From the IMG/VR virus record IMGVR_UViG_3300028840_008160, positions 186,001 through 250,000 of that record: DNA of 64,000 bases; one strand, 5' to 3'. Of the stretch, positions 21,148-31,612 are shown piece after piece. The position numbers and the translations under genes are program-made. Positions within the stretch are counted from its first letter, which is position 1, and the number at the start of each line of letters is the position of its first letter. The notes below the pieces were generated by a model, which worked only from the letters and a program-made list of their open reading frames with translations, made no database searches and had not been told where the DNA came from.

Positions 21148-21931
21148 ATGCTTAAAAAAGAACATGATATTTCTGTGTTTTACAAGGCATTAAGTGGTTT
21201 AGTGCCAGTAAGCGATGAAAACAGTTGGTTGACTTTTGATACGCCCACAAAAGCATTTGTGACTGCTATTGGTGCTGGTCCATGGAAAAGTGAATCGTAG
21301 AGCTAGTGTTCAGGCGAATGCTAGAGCAATTGTTGGTTGTCGTGATCTTGTTGAACTGACTGACAAAGAAATAAGATTGATGTATCCGTTTTGGTGGCAA
21401 CAATTAGCATTATTAAAAACAAAACAAAATTGTCTTAAAGCAGATCAGTCATTTGCAATAGAAGTTTACAACATTCAAAATTTTTTACCTGAGAATCACA
21501 CACTTGCGTGGTCGCAATATAGAGATCTTGTGGGAGGAAAAGTTACAAAAGCGACGTCGTTATTTGCCAGGGATTATCTTAACATTAATTGTTTTCCAAT
21601 TGATAGACATGTTCGTAGATGGCTACAAGAAAGAAACATGGAGGATTGCGATGAAGAATATTTGATTAGTTTAGGTATAGAATTGAAAGAGCGTTTTGAT
21701 ATAGATATTAGACGATATGCTAGAGCGATATTCTTGAATAAATCATCTAATCCTCCGATACAACAAACAAATGACACGCAAAAGTTTGTGATTAGACCAG
21801 ATGGCTCAATTTATGTTGAATGGGTAAATCCTGCTTTTTCTGATGTTATACTTGAATTATATCCTGAAGAGCAAAGACAACAAATGATCAAATTAAATGC
21901 GCCAAATGAACCAAAAATCTGGTGTGGATAA
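21148..21931 (+). pseudogene. HhH-GPD glycosylase-like protein with an apparent +1 frameshift at 21286-21289
   Basis: ORF 21148-21300 (MLKKEHD...GAGPWK) joins ORF 21269-21931 if one A is removed from TGGAAAAGTG; downstream GGKVTKATSLF and FPIDRHVRRW resemble HhH-GPD motifs. Confidence 0.5.
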
Positions 21932-23613
21932 TGTATAAAGCACATACAATTGAAAATATTCAATCAAAATTTGCACAAATGGTGCCATTAGTGTACATTT
22001 TGTCTGAAGATGAGCATAGGACGATTTTGGGTATTAAAGATATGACCCAAAAGACATCTAGTAGATTTGCGACAGAAGTGTATGTTTATAGAAAAACATA
22101 CGGTATTGTGACAATTGACAATTATGAACGTGAAATAAATGAAAAACGCTGTAATATAGATGCAGCAACATCTGAAATAAATAATGCATTAATTCATATT
22201 CATCGACAGTCTAAAAAAGATAGACGGCAAATCTACATTATAACTGATGCAGATAGAGAATTAACAGACAATCAAGTAGTTCGTCGGTTAAAAGATTTTG
22301 CTATACAGGCAGATAATAGTGATAGTAATTTGAAAATAATAGTATTACTGTCATCGAAATTGTTTTTGCCAGATAAATTGGAAAAATATGTAGATGTTGT
22401 CACATATCCATATCCAAGTGATGACGAAATCAAGTATATTATTGAAAATTGGATCGGTAAATTTAATGCTGCAATCAAAAAACAAAGTAATAAAATTGAA
22501 CCGCGAACTGATTTTGAAATTGTTAGTTCATTACGAGGGCTCATAGTACCACAAATACGTAACGCATTGACTGCATGTATTAATGAAACTAAACATGATG
22601 GTCAAGCAAGATTAGATGCAATTATTTTGAATCAACTTAAACGAGAAGCAATTAATAAGACGTCCTTTTTGAAATTTCGTGAACCAAAAGTTACATTTGA
22701 TGATGTTGGTGGGTTAGGTCGATTGAAAAAATGGTTTTGTCAAATGTATGGTGGTTGGACTAATGAGGGTCGAAAGTTTGGTTTACCATTACTTAAAGGT
22801 GCATTATTGTTAGGTTTACCAGGATGTGGTAAGACTAGAATCTGCGAAGCTTTGGCTGCTGAATGGAAATTAAATTTGTTACAATTTGATCCTTCACGAG
22901 TGTTTTCTTCTAGAGTCGGTGAAAGTGAAGGTAACATGCATCTTACGCTGGCTAGAATAGAGAGTATGGCGCCTTGTATTTTATTTATAGATGAAGTTGA
23001 AAAAGGTTTTGCTGGAATGCAAAGTTCATCTATGTCTGATGCTGGTACGACAGCTAGAACAATTAGTATTTTTCTTATTTGGATGAATGATAATGAGTCG
23101 TCAGTTTTTAACGTATCTACTTGCAACCAAGTTCACTATTTGCCACCAGAATTAATATCAAGATATGATGAAATATTCTATATTGGGCCGCCAGACATTC
23201 AAGAACGAGCAGAAATTTTAAATATTCAAATTCGTGAAAATGGTCGTGATCCAAGTAAATTTAATACATCAGAATTGGCAACTGTTTGTTCTCATTTATC
23301 AGGCAGAGAAATAATGCAAGCTGTAAGAGAAGCTATGTATAAAGCTTTTCATGAAAGAAAGATTGATGGTAAAACTGATTTGAATGACGCTATTTTGCGT
23401 AATGTTTTGCAAAATAAAATTCCAGTAGTTAAAACAATGCAAAAGCAATTGGAATATTTAGTGAAATGGGTTGGTTATGATAAAACTAGACGCGATGGTA
23501 TTAGAGCAAGATTTGGCAATAATGAAGTAGATGAAATTGACGATATGTTTGCTGAAATTATTAGCAAACAAGACTCTGCAATAGAAGATCCTCAACAACC
23601 TCCTACTTATTAA
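21931..23613 (+). CDS. AAA+ ATPase (Ycf46-like)
   Basis: VTFDDVGGL..LK.W, GLPGCGKT, VGESE, ILFIDEVEK, LPPELISRYDEIF. Confidence 0.9.
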   Translation: MYKAHTIENIQSKFAQMVPLVYILSEDEHRTILGIKDMTQKTSSRFATEVYVYRKTYGIVTIDNYEREINEKRCNIDAATSEINNALIHIHRQSKKDRRQIYIITDADRELTDNQVVRRLKDFAIQADNSDSNLKIIVLLSSKLFLPDKLEKYVDVVTYPYPSDDEIKYIIENWIGKFNAAIKKQSNKIEPRTDFEIVSSLRGLIVPQIRNALTACINETKHDGQARLDAIILNQLKREAINKTSFLKFREPKVTFDDVGGLGRLKKWFCQMYGGWTNEGRKFGLPLLKGALLLGLPGCGKTRICEALAAEWKLNLLQFDPSRVFSSRVGESEGNMHLTLARIESMAPCILFIDEVEKGFAGMQSSSMSDAGTTARTISIFLIWMNDNESSVFNVSTCNQVHYLPPELISRYDEIFYIGPPDIQERAEILNIQIRENGRDPSKFNTSELATVCSHLSGREIMQAVREAMYKAFHERKIDGKTDLNDAILRNVLQNKIPVVKTMQKQLEYLVKWVGYDKTRRDGIRARFGNNEVDEIDDMFAEIISKQDSAIEDPQQPPTY

Positions 23614-23708
23614 TCTTTCATACATTTTCGTAAAAAATAAGAGCTCGTAAGTCAATAATTTTCTTACGGCAGTTATTGTTATGTCTTTAAAATATTTAGA
23701 GGTTTGTA

Positions 23709-25973
23709 ATGATTATTGAACAAGTGAAATTGAAAGGGTTTATCAGTTTTATTGATGAAATAGTTGATTTACGAAATGCTCATGTTATGTTAGTATTTGG
23801 GCCAAATGGTGAAGGAAAAAGTGCATTATTAGAGTCAATACCTTTTTGTTTTTGGGGCATTGGTCGAGGTAAGACTTTAGCAGATTATATTAATGATAGT
23901 CGTGACACGCTACGTGTTGAAGTTACTTTTCAAATGGAGAATGTTAGATATAAGAAGATTCGTCAATATGGCAAATCAGGAAATATTAATGAATTGTACG
24001 TTGACAGCAATACTACTAGTTTAGAACATGCAAAATGGAAATTGATATCTGATGATACGAAAAGAAAGACAGATAAAGAATTATCAGATATTTTAGGTTT
24101 AGATTATGACATTTTTTCTAATAGTATATTTTTTGGTCAAAAAGATGCGTCGTCATTTATTGAAGGATCTGCTAGTGACAGAAAAGAATTGTTATGTAAT
24201 TTGTTAGGCATTCAAGTATATGAAGACGCTGAGAGTATAGCCAAAGATAAGATACGTGATATTGAAACCAGAATTCAGACTAAAACAGCAGTGTTGAATG
24301 CTAAAAAAGAGTTAGCAGAGAAAAAAGATAGTTTACAGACTGATTGTATAACTGTTAATGCAAAATTGAAAGCTGTTAATAAAGATATAAAGAGTTTGCA
24401 AGAGAATATAGAAACTAGCAGGAAGCAGCAAGAACAATTAACAGTAGACGCTGCTAGTATTGAGCAAAATAAAGAACGAAAGAAAGAAATTGAATTACAA
24501 TTAGCTAAGACAGACAGACAACGATCAATTATAGAAGCAGATGCAGCAAAAACAACAACTGAATTGGAAACTATTATCGACGAAGGTATTGAAAAAGTGG
24601 AAGATTTGCAATCTATTATTGATAGTAAAGATGAATTATTGGCGTCGCAAATGAAATGCAAAGATCAATTAGAAAACATAGAGCGAGAGAAAAATAAAAT
24701 TGCAAAATTAAAAGATAAAACGACTGCACAACAATCAACAAAAGAACATTTAATTCAACAAAAATCTGAGCTAGAGACTCAAATTAGTGCTAATGAGAAA
24801 AAACAAAAAAGAATTGAATCGTCAGGTGCAATTTGTCCTGTTATTGATAAACCTTGTGATAAATTATCAAAAGTTAGTAAAGCACAAATGATTGCTGAAA
24901 TAGATAATGAAAATAATAGTTTCAAACAGAAACTTGAAGTGATTATTACAAATTTGAAAGACACTCATGATAAGTTAACAGAAATTGATGGCCAATTAGA
25001 TGCAGTAATTAAGAGAATAGAGGCTGAGCCTAAGCTAACAGCAAAGCTTGCTGCTATTGAAAGTGATTTGAAAACTGTTGATGAAGCTACAAAGAGATTA
25101 CCAGAAGTTAAAAAAAGTTATAGAAAACGCGTTGACGACTTAACAGCAACAAAAGAAAAATTAGAACAAAGATTGGTTGAAGCTGTTGAAGAATTGAATC
25201 GTTTGAAGAAAGAATTAACAAAGTTAGATAAAGCTACAACTAGAGATTTTGACACTGAACTAAAACAGATTAGGAAACAACTTGCTGCTTATGCTTCTGA
25301 TGTTGCTGATTTAGAAGACGATAAAAACAATTTGATGGCAGAATTTGGTAGATTGAAAGGCGAACTTGAACAAGCAAAATTAGCGGAGCAAGATGCGGCT
25401 AAAATTCAAAGTGATATTGACGAGTTAAAAATTGATTTACGAATTTATACTGAATTAAGTACAACTTTTGGTAAGAATGGTATTCAAAAAGATATCATTG
25501 CTGGTAATGTGCCAGTGTTAGAAGAAAAGACTAACGATTTGCTTGCTAAATTTACAAAAAATAGTGATTTTAGTGTTAAGTTTGATTTAGATCCAAGAAC
25601 TCAATCAGGCAAATTTAAGAAACGGGGCGGTTTAGACATCATAATTTATAGAAAAGGCAAAAAACCACGAGCGCTGAATATGTACAGCGGTGGCGAGACT
25701 GTCAGAATTGTCTTCGCTATTTTGTTGTCTTTATCTAATTTGTTAACAAAACGAGCGGGAAAGAAAAGTCAAACGCTAATAATTGATGAACGGATCGCTG
25801 CATTAGATACAGAAGGTATTGGCCAATTTATTGAAATTGTAAAATATATCGCAGATCAGTACAAGAAAATTCTTATAGTATCACATATTTCTGAACTTAA
25901 TGAAGCATTTTCAAATGTAATAACTGTAAATAAGAGTGATATAGACGGCAGTAAAGTACAATATAGTTACTGA
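23709..25973 (+). CDS. SbcC/Rad50 (gp46-like) SMC-family ATPase
   Basis: GPNGEGKS, FFGQ Q-loop, long coiled coil with central CPV zinc-hook-like motif, YSGGE, LIIDE, IVSH. Confidence 0.95.
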   Translation: MIIEQVKLKGFISFIDEIVDLRNAHVMLVFGPNGEGKSALLESIPFCFWGIGRGKTLADYINDSRDTLRVEVTFQMENVRYKKIRQYGKSGNINELYVDSNTTSLEHAKWKLISDDTKRKTDKELSDILGLDYDIFSNSIFFGQKDASSFIEGSASDRKELLCNLLGIQVYEDAESIAKDKIRDIETRIQTKTAVLNAKKELAEKKDSLQTDCITVNAKLKAVNKDIKSLQENIETSRKQQEQLTVDAASIEQNKERKKEIELQLAKTDRQRSIIEADAAKTTTELETIIDEGIEKVEDLQSIIDSKDELLASQMKCKDQLENIEREKNKIAKLKDKTTAQQSTKEHLIQQKSELETQISANEKKQKRIESSGAICPVIDKPCDKLSKVSKAQMIAEIDNENNSFKQKLEVIITNLKDTHDKLTEIDGQLDAVIKRIEAEPKLTAKLAAIESDLKTVDEATKRLPEVKKSYRKRVDDLTATKEKLEQRLVEAVEELNRLKKELTKLDKATTRDFDTELKQIRKQLAAYASDVADLEDDKNNLMAEFGRLKGELEQAKLAEQDAAKIQSDIDELKIDLRIYTELSTTFGKNGIQKDIIAGNVPVLEEKTNDLLAKFTKNSDFSVKFDLDPRTQSGKFKKRGGLDIIIYRKGKKPRALNMYSGGETVRIVFAILLSLSNLLTKRAGKKSQTLIIDERIAALDTEGIGQFIEIVKYIADQYKKILIVSHISELNEAFSNVITVNKSDIDGSKVQYSY

Positions 25974-25984
25974 TTAGGCTGACG

Positions 25985-26899
25985 ATGACTGATTTTATTA
26001 AATTGATGGATCCGAAAATATTACGATTTGAGAAAGCGGATCAATTTTTTGACGACTCTGATTGGTTGATGGAGCCTAAGATTAATGGTCGACGAATACA
26101 AACTTTAGTAGATAATAATAATATATCTTTTGCTGGTAGATATGCAAGAGAAGGTCATGAGAATTTAGACGATTTTCGGTACAAATTTCGAAACATTAGA
26201 AATGATTTGCAAGAAATGTTGCCAAAAAACACTTTATTGGATGGTGAAGTACATTTGCCGGGTCGGCCGTCGTCGCAAACATTTCAAATAATTAATGCAT
26301 CTAGTATTGATACAGCTATTACGTTGCAAGAACAATATGGATTTTTGGTATATGTTGTATTTGACATCATGTTTTTTGAAGGTCAATCGTTATTATCATG
26401 CAGTCTAAATTACCGTCGTAGAAAATTGCAATCAATTATTTCAAAAACCTGTAATGTTGAATTGATTGAAAATTTGCAGACAACAAATGATAAGCAAAGA
26501 CGGTGGAATGAAATTCTTGAGTCAGATTGCGAAGAAAAAGGTGTTGTATTTAAATTTGCTGAGTCAGATTATGATTGTATAAGATCTAAATGGTGGAGAA
26601 AATTAAAACGATTTGAAACATATGACGGTGTGATTACTGGATTTAATCTAGACAAGAAATATCCTGCTGATTTTATTTCATCAATTCAAGTTGCTCAATA
26701 TCGAAACAATTGTTTAGTTCATGTGGCTAATGTGAGTAATTTGACAAGGGAACAAGCTGCTGAGTTTAGAATGTACATTGATGTTTATTTGGGTAAAGTT
26801 ATTCAATTCAAAGCTGAATCTAGAACATCATCTAGTTATAAAAATCCTAGATTTGACAGAATGAGACCAGACAAAGAACCGCAATCATGTGTGTGGTAA
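25985..26899 (+). CDS. ATP-dependent DNA ligase
   Basis: EPKINGRR (KxxGxR), LLDGEV, VFDIM, EKGVVFK, WRKLK, PRFDRMRPDK. Confidence 0.9.
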   Translation: MTDFIKLMDPKILRFEKADQFFDDSDWLMEPKINGRRIQTLVDNNNISFAGRYAREGHENLDDFRYKFRNIRNDLQEMLPKNTLLDGEVHLPGRPSSQTFQIINASSIDTAITLQEQYGFLVYVVFDIMFFEGQSLLSCSLNYRRRKLQSIISKTCNVELIENLQTTNDKQRRWNEILESDCEEKGVVFKFAESDYDCIRSKWWRKLKRFETYDGVITGFNLDKKYPADFISSIQVAQYRNNCLVHVANVSNLTREQAAEFRMYIDVYLGKVIQFKAESRTSSSYKNPRFDRMRPDKEPQSCVW

Positions 26900-26911
26900 G
26901 GAAGGGGGTTT

Positions 26912-27094
26912 ATGTTTAAAAAAACTGGGAGTCCTCAACCAATAGATGTAGTATATACTTGTTGTCTTTGTGATATGGCTGCGTCGAAAATAATAAACGG
27001 TAAAAATTATTGCGATAAACATGCTCCTGATGTTGCTTTAATTGATACTAATATTATTATACAACCAGAACCATTGAATGTACCAGATGAATAA
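26912..27094 (+). CDS. small Cys/His-rich hypothetical protein
   Basis: CCLC...YCDKH; strong RBS. Confidence 0.6.
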   Translation: MFKKTGSPQPIDVVYTCCLCDMAASKIINGKNYCDKHAPDVALIDTNIIIQPEPLNVPDE

Positions 27095-28064
27095 ATCTTT
27101 TTTTAATGAATTACCACAAGATTTGCTAAATGACGATCAGACAGCTGCTGATGCTGTGTTTGACGCGTTTAACGACAGCAAGTATGATGCATTTATGGTT
27201 AAAAATAGAGACAATTATATTAAGTCTCTATATAAATCTGTTGGGTTTAAAAAAGAAATAGCTATAGATAGTACGATTTTAGCTGACTTTTTTTCTACAG
27301 AAGAATCTGCTACGGTTCGTGCTAAGAGTTTTTATGATGATAGTGATGAAGAAAGATTATTAGAAATTCGATTTATTATTCATAATTTGTTGCCTAATTT
27401 TGAACGTGATATAATGTCATTAATTTTCGATTATAATAAAATTCAAGAAGATATTGGTGTTATTTTAGGTTTGTCACAAGAGATGGTTAATTATTACAAG
27501 AAACGAGCAATTCATAGGATTTTACATTTTTATCATCATCGAAAGATTGATATAAATGATATGAGAGCTTGTTTATTGCAATACATTTCTAAAAGACAAC
27601 TTGAAGCGATGATGCTATATTTTTTCAAACACAATCAACGTATCGTGTCTAAAGAGTTAGGCATTTCACAATCTGCTGTATCTGCTAGATTAAAACAAGG
27701 ACTTAAGAAACTAAAACGTAGAGCTAGATATGATAAGCGTGTGGCAAAATATTATGATGTATTTGATAATTTAACAAAGCAGAAATCGTTATATAGTTCA
27801 CAGACGAGAATGAATGTTATTTCTGAAGTAAATAATTATTCACAATTTGATGATGATAATCAACGAATTAGCGCTGCTAAAACGTCTAAGAAGAAAAAAG
27901 CTCCGCAAAAAGTTGAATTAAAATCTACAGAATCAAAACCTAAAGTCAAACTCCATATCAGACGAAAGATATCAAAACCAGTAATAGCTAATATAGCTAG
28001 ACCCAAAAAAATTAAGTTTAATAGATCTAAACTTAAGACGCTTAGACGATTTTTCAAGAGATGA
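27078..28064 (+). CDS. protein with two sigma-70 region-4-like HTH motifs (putative transcription factor)
   Basis: QEDIGVILGLSQEMVNYYKKRA and QRIVSKELGISQSAVSARLKQG; basic C-tail. Confidence 0.65.
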   Translation: MYQMNKSFFNELPQDLLNDDQTAADAVFDAFNDSKYDAFMVKNRDNYIKSLYKSVGFKKEIAIDSTILADFFSTEESATVRAKSFYDDSDEERLLEIRFIIHNLLPNFERDIMSLIFDYNKIQEDIGVILGLSQEMVNYYKKRAIHRILHFYHHRKIDINDMRACLLQYISKRQLEAMMLYFFKHNQRIVSKELGISQSAVSARLKQGLKKLKRRARYDKRVAKYYDVFDNLTKQKSLYSSQTRMNVISEVNNYSQFDDDNQRISAAKTSKKKKAPQKVELKSTESKPKVKLHIRRKISKPVIANIARPKKIKFNRSKLKTLRRFFKR

Positions 28065-28162
28065 TGTTTTATGTTGAAACTTTCTTTATAACTACACAAT
28101 ATTTGAGTTATTATATTTGTGTTGAAACATCAATTTTGGAAAATCTATTAGGAGGCTTAATT

Positions 28163-28603
28163 ATGGCTGTCTTAAACTTAAAAGGAAATGCAAACGCTGT
28201 CGAAGCAATTGTTAATGCTGTAGTTGCTGGCTATAGAGACGATTTGATTTTGGAGGAATTAGCACAGGCGATTGAAGATGAAGTAATTACAAGAGAACAA
28301 TTTCGGTCAGCAATTGAGGGACTTAAGCTTTATGTTGCTAGATTTGCTGATTCTATTAAAGATGTTACTAATTCAATGTCTCAGTTCGAATTTAATGAAA
28401 GACGGTCAATCATTAAGAATCGACCGCTTAATCTAGCACAGCAAGTGATGCAAGATGTTGAAGGTTTTGAACAAGCAGCGAATGAATTTTATGGTGATGA
28501 GGAACAGGAAATTGAGGCTGACATTAAAAAGCCTAATAATCCAATTGCACCAAAACAAGATATTAAGAAAGATGATGAAAAAGTTGTTGTAGGTTCAAAA
28601 TGA
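28163..28603 (+). CDS. hypothetical protein (possible virion protein)
   Basis: GGAGG RBS before ATG 28163. Confidence 0.6.
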   Translation: MAVLNLKGNANAVEAIVNAVVAGYRDDLILEELAQAIEDEVITREQFRSAIEGLKLYVARFADSIKDVTNSMSQFEFNERRSIIKNRPLNLAQQVMQDVEGFEQAANEFYGDEEQEIEADIKKPNNPIAPKQDIKKDDEKVVVGSK

Positions 28604-28863
28604 ATGTGCTAGATAGGATTGCTGCTGATCATATAGATTTATTGGACGAAAATGATTTGCAAACAGATGAATACGAGTCACAATTAGTTTTATCTAAGAC
28701 AATGTTTATTTGTGATGGTCATCAAAAAACAGCGTCTTTTATTCCTAGTAGAGTAGCGCAAATTGCTGATTTAGATATGCATCAAGATGATGAAACAAGA
28801 GCTTTTTGGATTACTAAAAAGGGGAAAATAATTAGAACAGTACCACACTTTGTAAAGGGGTGA
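28600..28863 (+). CDS. hypothetical protein (possible virion protein)
   Basis: RIA, KTA, RVA motifs; C-terminal AFW...IIRT shared with the next ORF. Confidence 0.55.
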   Translation: MNVLDRIAADHIDLLDENDLQTDEYESQLVLSKTMFICDGHQKTASFIPSRVAQIADLDMHQDDETRAFWITKKGKIIRTVPHFVKG

Positions 28864-28867
28864 CATT

Positions 28868-29461
28868 ATGATTAGTAGAAGAGAAGGTCAGTCAGATTTT
28901 TTAGATAAAGTTGTTAATGATATAGTTGAAAAATCAGAAGGAACAAAAAAGACAGCCAGTGATAATGTTGGCATTGGCACAAATCATCCTGCAGCAAAGC
29001 TAGATGTTGTTGCAACTGGTGGATCATCTACTAATCATCCTGCCGAAAAAATAGCTGAAGATGAAAAGAAAGCAGACGAGTTGTCAACAGAAAAGACTGC
29101 TGGTTCAATTGCTGGACCGGGCATTCCTGATGGAACAGGACCCTGCGCTGATACACCTGAATGTCAAATGAATATAAAAACTGGACCTGGAGGACATATA
29201 CCTGACGGTACAGGACCACATGGTATGGGTAGAGGACCTGGTAATGGTAAAGGTGATGGCTCAGGAATGGCTAGATCATCAGAAAATGAAATGACACTTC
29301 ATCAGGCTAGAGTTGCTCGTAGAGAAGGCAGATTTGCAAAAGTTGCTGGGCGCAATGATTTATATCAAGAAGCTAGCACTAATGCATTTTGGAAAATTTC
29401 AGATGATAAGCAAAAAGTTATTCGTACATTTGAAGATAATAACGGCGTTGTTGCAGAATAG
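28868..29461 (+). CDS. Gly/Pro-rich hypothetical protein (possible virion protein)
   Basis: repeated IPDGTGP and TNHPA; many K-x-A motifs. Confidence 0.6.
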   Translation: MISRREGQSDFLDKVVNDIVEKSEGTKKTASDNVGIGTNHPAAKLDVVATGGSSTNHPAEKIAEDEKKADELSTEKTAGSIAGPGIPDGTGPCADTPECQMNIKTGPGGHIPDGTGPHGMGRGPGNGKGDGSGMARSSENEMTLHQARVARREGRFAKVAGRNDLYQEASTNAFWKISDDKQKVIRTFEDNNGVVAE

Positions 29462-29469
29462 GAATTTAT

Positions 29470-31368
29470 ATGAGAAAAAAATCGTCTCTTTTATTTGATG
29501 ATCAGCATCAGCCAATGTCTAGTTGGATGGACAAATTGGCAGAAGACGAGTCGTCAAATTTTGCTGAAGCTGATTTGGTTGATGAGCAAGTGTCTGATAA
29601 ATCAGCTAAAAAGTATGCTGGAATTTCGACGACATGGGACAAGAATCGTCCTGTCAATGCTGCAATATTGAATGATTCAACACGTCATATTAGTAATAGA
29701 CAGATTGAATCAACATCTGCTGATCAAATAGAAAAAGAGGCGAAGTCTCTTTTGATGTCAGGATTGACTATTGAGAAGATCGCATCTGTTTTAAAGAAGA
29801 AGTTTTCTAGTAAAGAAATGAAGTCTTTTACTAGTGAGATTGTGCCAAAACTCGAGCAAGAATATGGTCGACTTGGATGTTCTTATATAGATGCTAATTT
29901 AACAAACAGCTGTGACGATCTTTCTACAATAATGAAGACATCAAATAAAGTGGCTAGTTTAGCTATTAACGATGTCAAGAAATCAGCTAAATGCAATGAT
30001 TGCAATTTTAACAAGAAAAGTCAATGTTTAAAATTAGGATTGAACATCGTTGATGAACCAACAATTAAAACAGCTAAAGAAGCAAAGTTTATATTAAATA
30101 AATTTGCTTCTTTAAAGTATATCAATTCATATTTTGTTAAAGCAGCAGATATTACTAGTTATTATGAACGTTTAGCTAATGAAAGTCCAGATAAAGTTAT
30201 ACAAGATTTTTTAGTTGATGTCAATACTAGAAGGGCAGCAAAGCAGACATCTTCTTCGATACGACTTAAGGCAGAAGAAACTGTGGCCGAGAAAATTGCC
30301 AATAAGCAGAGACAAGTTAAAATTGGTAAAGCAGATACTGAATTAGGTAATGCTTTTAAGCAATTTTTGGTGACAAATCAGTCATTGCGTACGGCAAAAT
30401 CAGAATTATCAAAAAAATACGGACAAGAACGTGTCGATGCTTATTTTAAGAGCGCTAGATCTGATTTGGGGAAGTTTGTCAAATTTGTTACAGCTAAATC
30501 GGAAAAGATAGTTGATCGTATAGCATCGACAGAACAAGCACATATGCCATTGATTAACAAAATTTCATCTGCTAAAATTGTTAGCGCAATGAAAATGGCG
30601 AAATCATTGAAGACATTAAGAACTTCTTCATCTAATATAAAGAAAAATATTGAAAGAACATTTGGTGTTAAAGTTGCAAAATATATTGTTAATAGAATGG
30701 CTAATGACAACGAGTTAGGGTTGTTAGGGTTGACTTATATTGATGCTGGATTATATAAAAATGCAACAGAAATGAAACAAGTTCTTGGTGTGTTGAACAG
30801 ACGAGTCGGCAATATGATAGCTTTTGTTAAAGAGGGAACTGCTTGCAAATTATCAGACAATCCTAATGGTATTTGTTCTATTACTGGATTAAGAATTGTT
30901 AAGAATGCCACAGTAGATACGAGACGACAAGCTATGAGAATACTTGGTCATGCTAGAAAAGTAGGTTTTACGACCAAGCATGAGATTGATAAAATTGAAT
31001 CAAAATTAGCTAATAAAGGTAATTTCAAATTAATTAGAGCATTTATTGTTAATGGTTCAACAATAAGGAAAGCTGTAAGTGATAGTCTGGTTAAACAAGT
31101 AACAGATGTAGCATTAAAGTATGCTAAAGATATTGCTGATGTTCGCAAAGTCGCCAGAGCAACATGGGCAACGACAGAATCATTAATTGATACACTTGAT
31201 AGTAAAGTAGTAAATAAACAAGCATTTCATGATGATTTGCAAAATATATTAAACAGATCAGCATCGGATGCTAATGTGTATTTGAGTACACTTAATCAGT
31301 ACAATACAGACATTTTTACTGATGATAAGGAAAAAACATCTGATGTTACACTTGGACAAACATTCTAA
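29470..31368 (+). CDS. large basic protein with internal duplication (possible virion/core protein)
   Basis: G.LG..YIDA ... C...GL.IV occurs twice; many K-x-A motifs. Confidence 0.65.
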   Translation: MRKKSSLLFDDQHQPMSSWMDKLAEDESSNFAEADLVDEQVSDKSAKKYAGISTTWDKNRPVNAAILNDSTRHISNRQIESTSADQIEKEAKSLLMSGLTIEKIASVLKKKFSSKEMKSFTSEIVPKLEQEYGRLGCSYIDANLTNSCDDLSTIMKTSNKVASLAINDVKKSAKCNDCNFNKKSQCLKLGLNIVDEPTIKTAKEAKFILNKFASLKYINSYFVKAADITSYYERLANESPDKVIQDFLVDVNTRRAAKQTSSSIRLKAEETVAEKIANKQRQVKIGKADTELGNAFKQFLVTNQSLRTAKSELSKKYGQERVDAYFKSARSDLGKFVKFVTAKSEKIVDRIASTEQAHMPLINKISSAKIVSAMKMAKSLKTLRTSSSNIKKNIERTFGVKVAKYIVNRMANDNELGLLGLTYIDAGLYKNATEMKQVLGVLNRRVGNMIAFVKEGTACKLSDNPNGICSITGLRIVKNATVDTRRQAMRILGHARKVGFTTKHEIDKIESKLANKGNFKLIRAFIVNGSTIRKAVSDSLVKQVTDVALKYAKDIADVRKVARATWATTESLIDTLDSKVVNKQAFHDDLQNILNRSASDANVYLSTLNQYNTDIFTDDKEKTSDVTLGQTF

Positions 31369-31612
31369 TTTTATAAATCAACGAGGTCGTTTACGATATC
31401 CCGATGGCCAGATTGTTCAAGAGGGTGACATCGTTGAATATGACGGTAAAACTGGAACTGTCGTTAATTTTGATCGACAAACAGTTAATATAAGATATGA
31501 TGATGGTACAAGCGATAGTATGATTAATGCTTATGTAATAAGAAAAGTAGCATCATCAGATGTCGTAAATGATGTTGTAAAAGATTTATATTGGATTAAA
31601 AGAAATTTATGA
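31322..31612 (+). CDS. hypothetical protein, SH3/KOW-like
   Basis: EGDIVEYDGKTGTVV...VNIRYDDG. Confidence 0.5.
   Translation: MIRKKHLMLHLDKHSNFINQRGRLRYPDGQIVQEGDIVEYDGKTGTVVNFDRQTVNIRYDDGTSDSMINAYVIRKVASSDVVNDVVKDLYWIKRNL

Noticed and set aside
28061-28162. Upstream extension of ORF 28061 and the repeated tgttgaaac 9-mer
   Set aside because: The GGAGG RBS supports ATG 28163; two copies of a 9-mer in AT-rich DNA are too weak to call an operator
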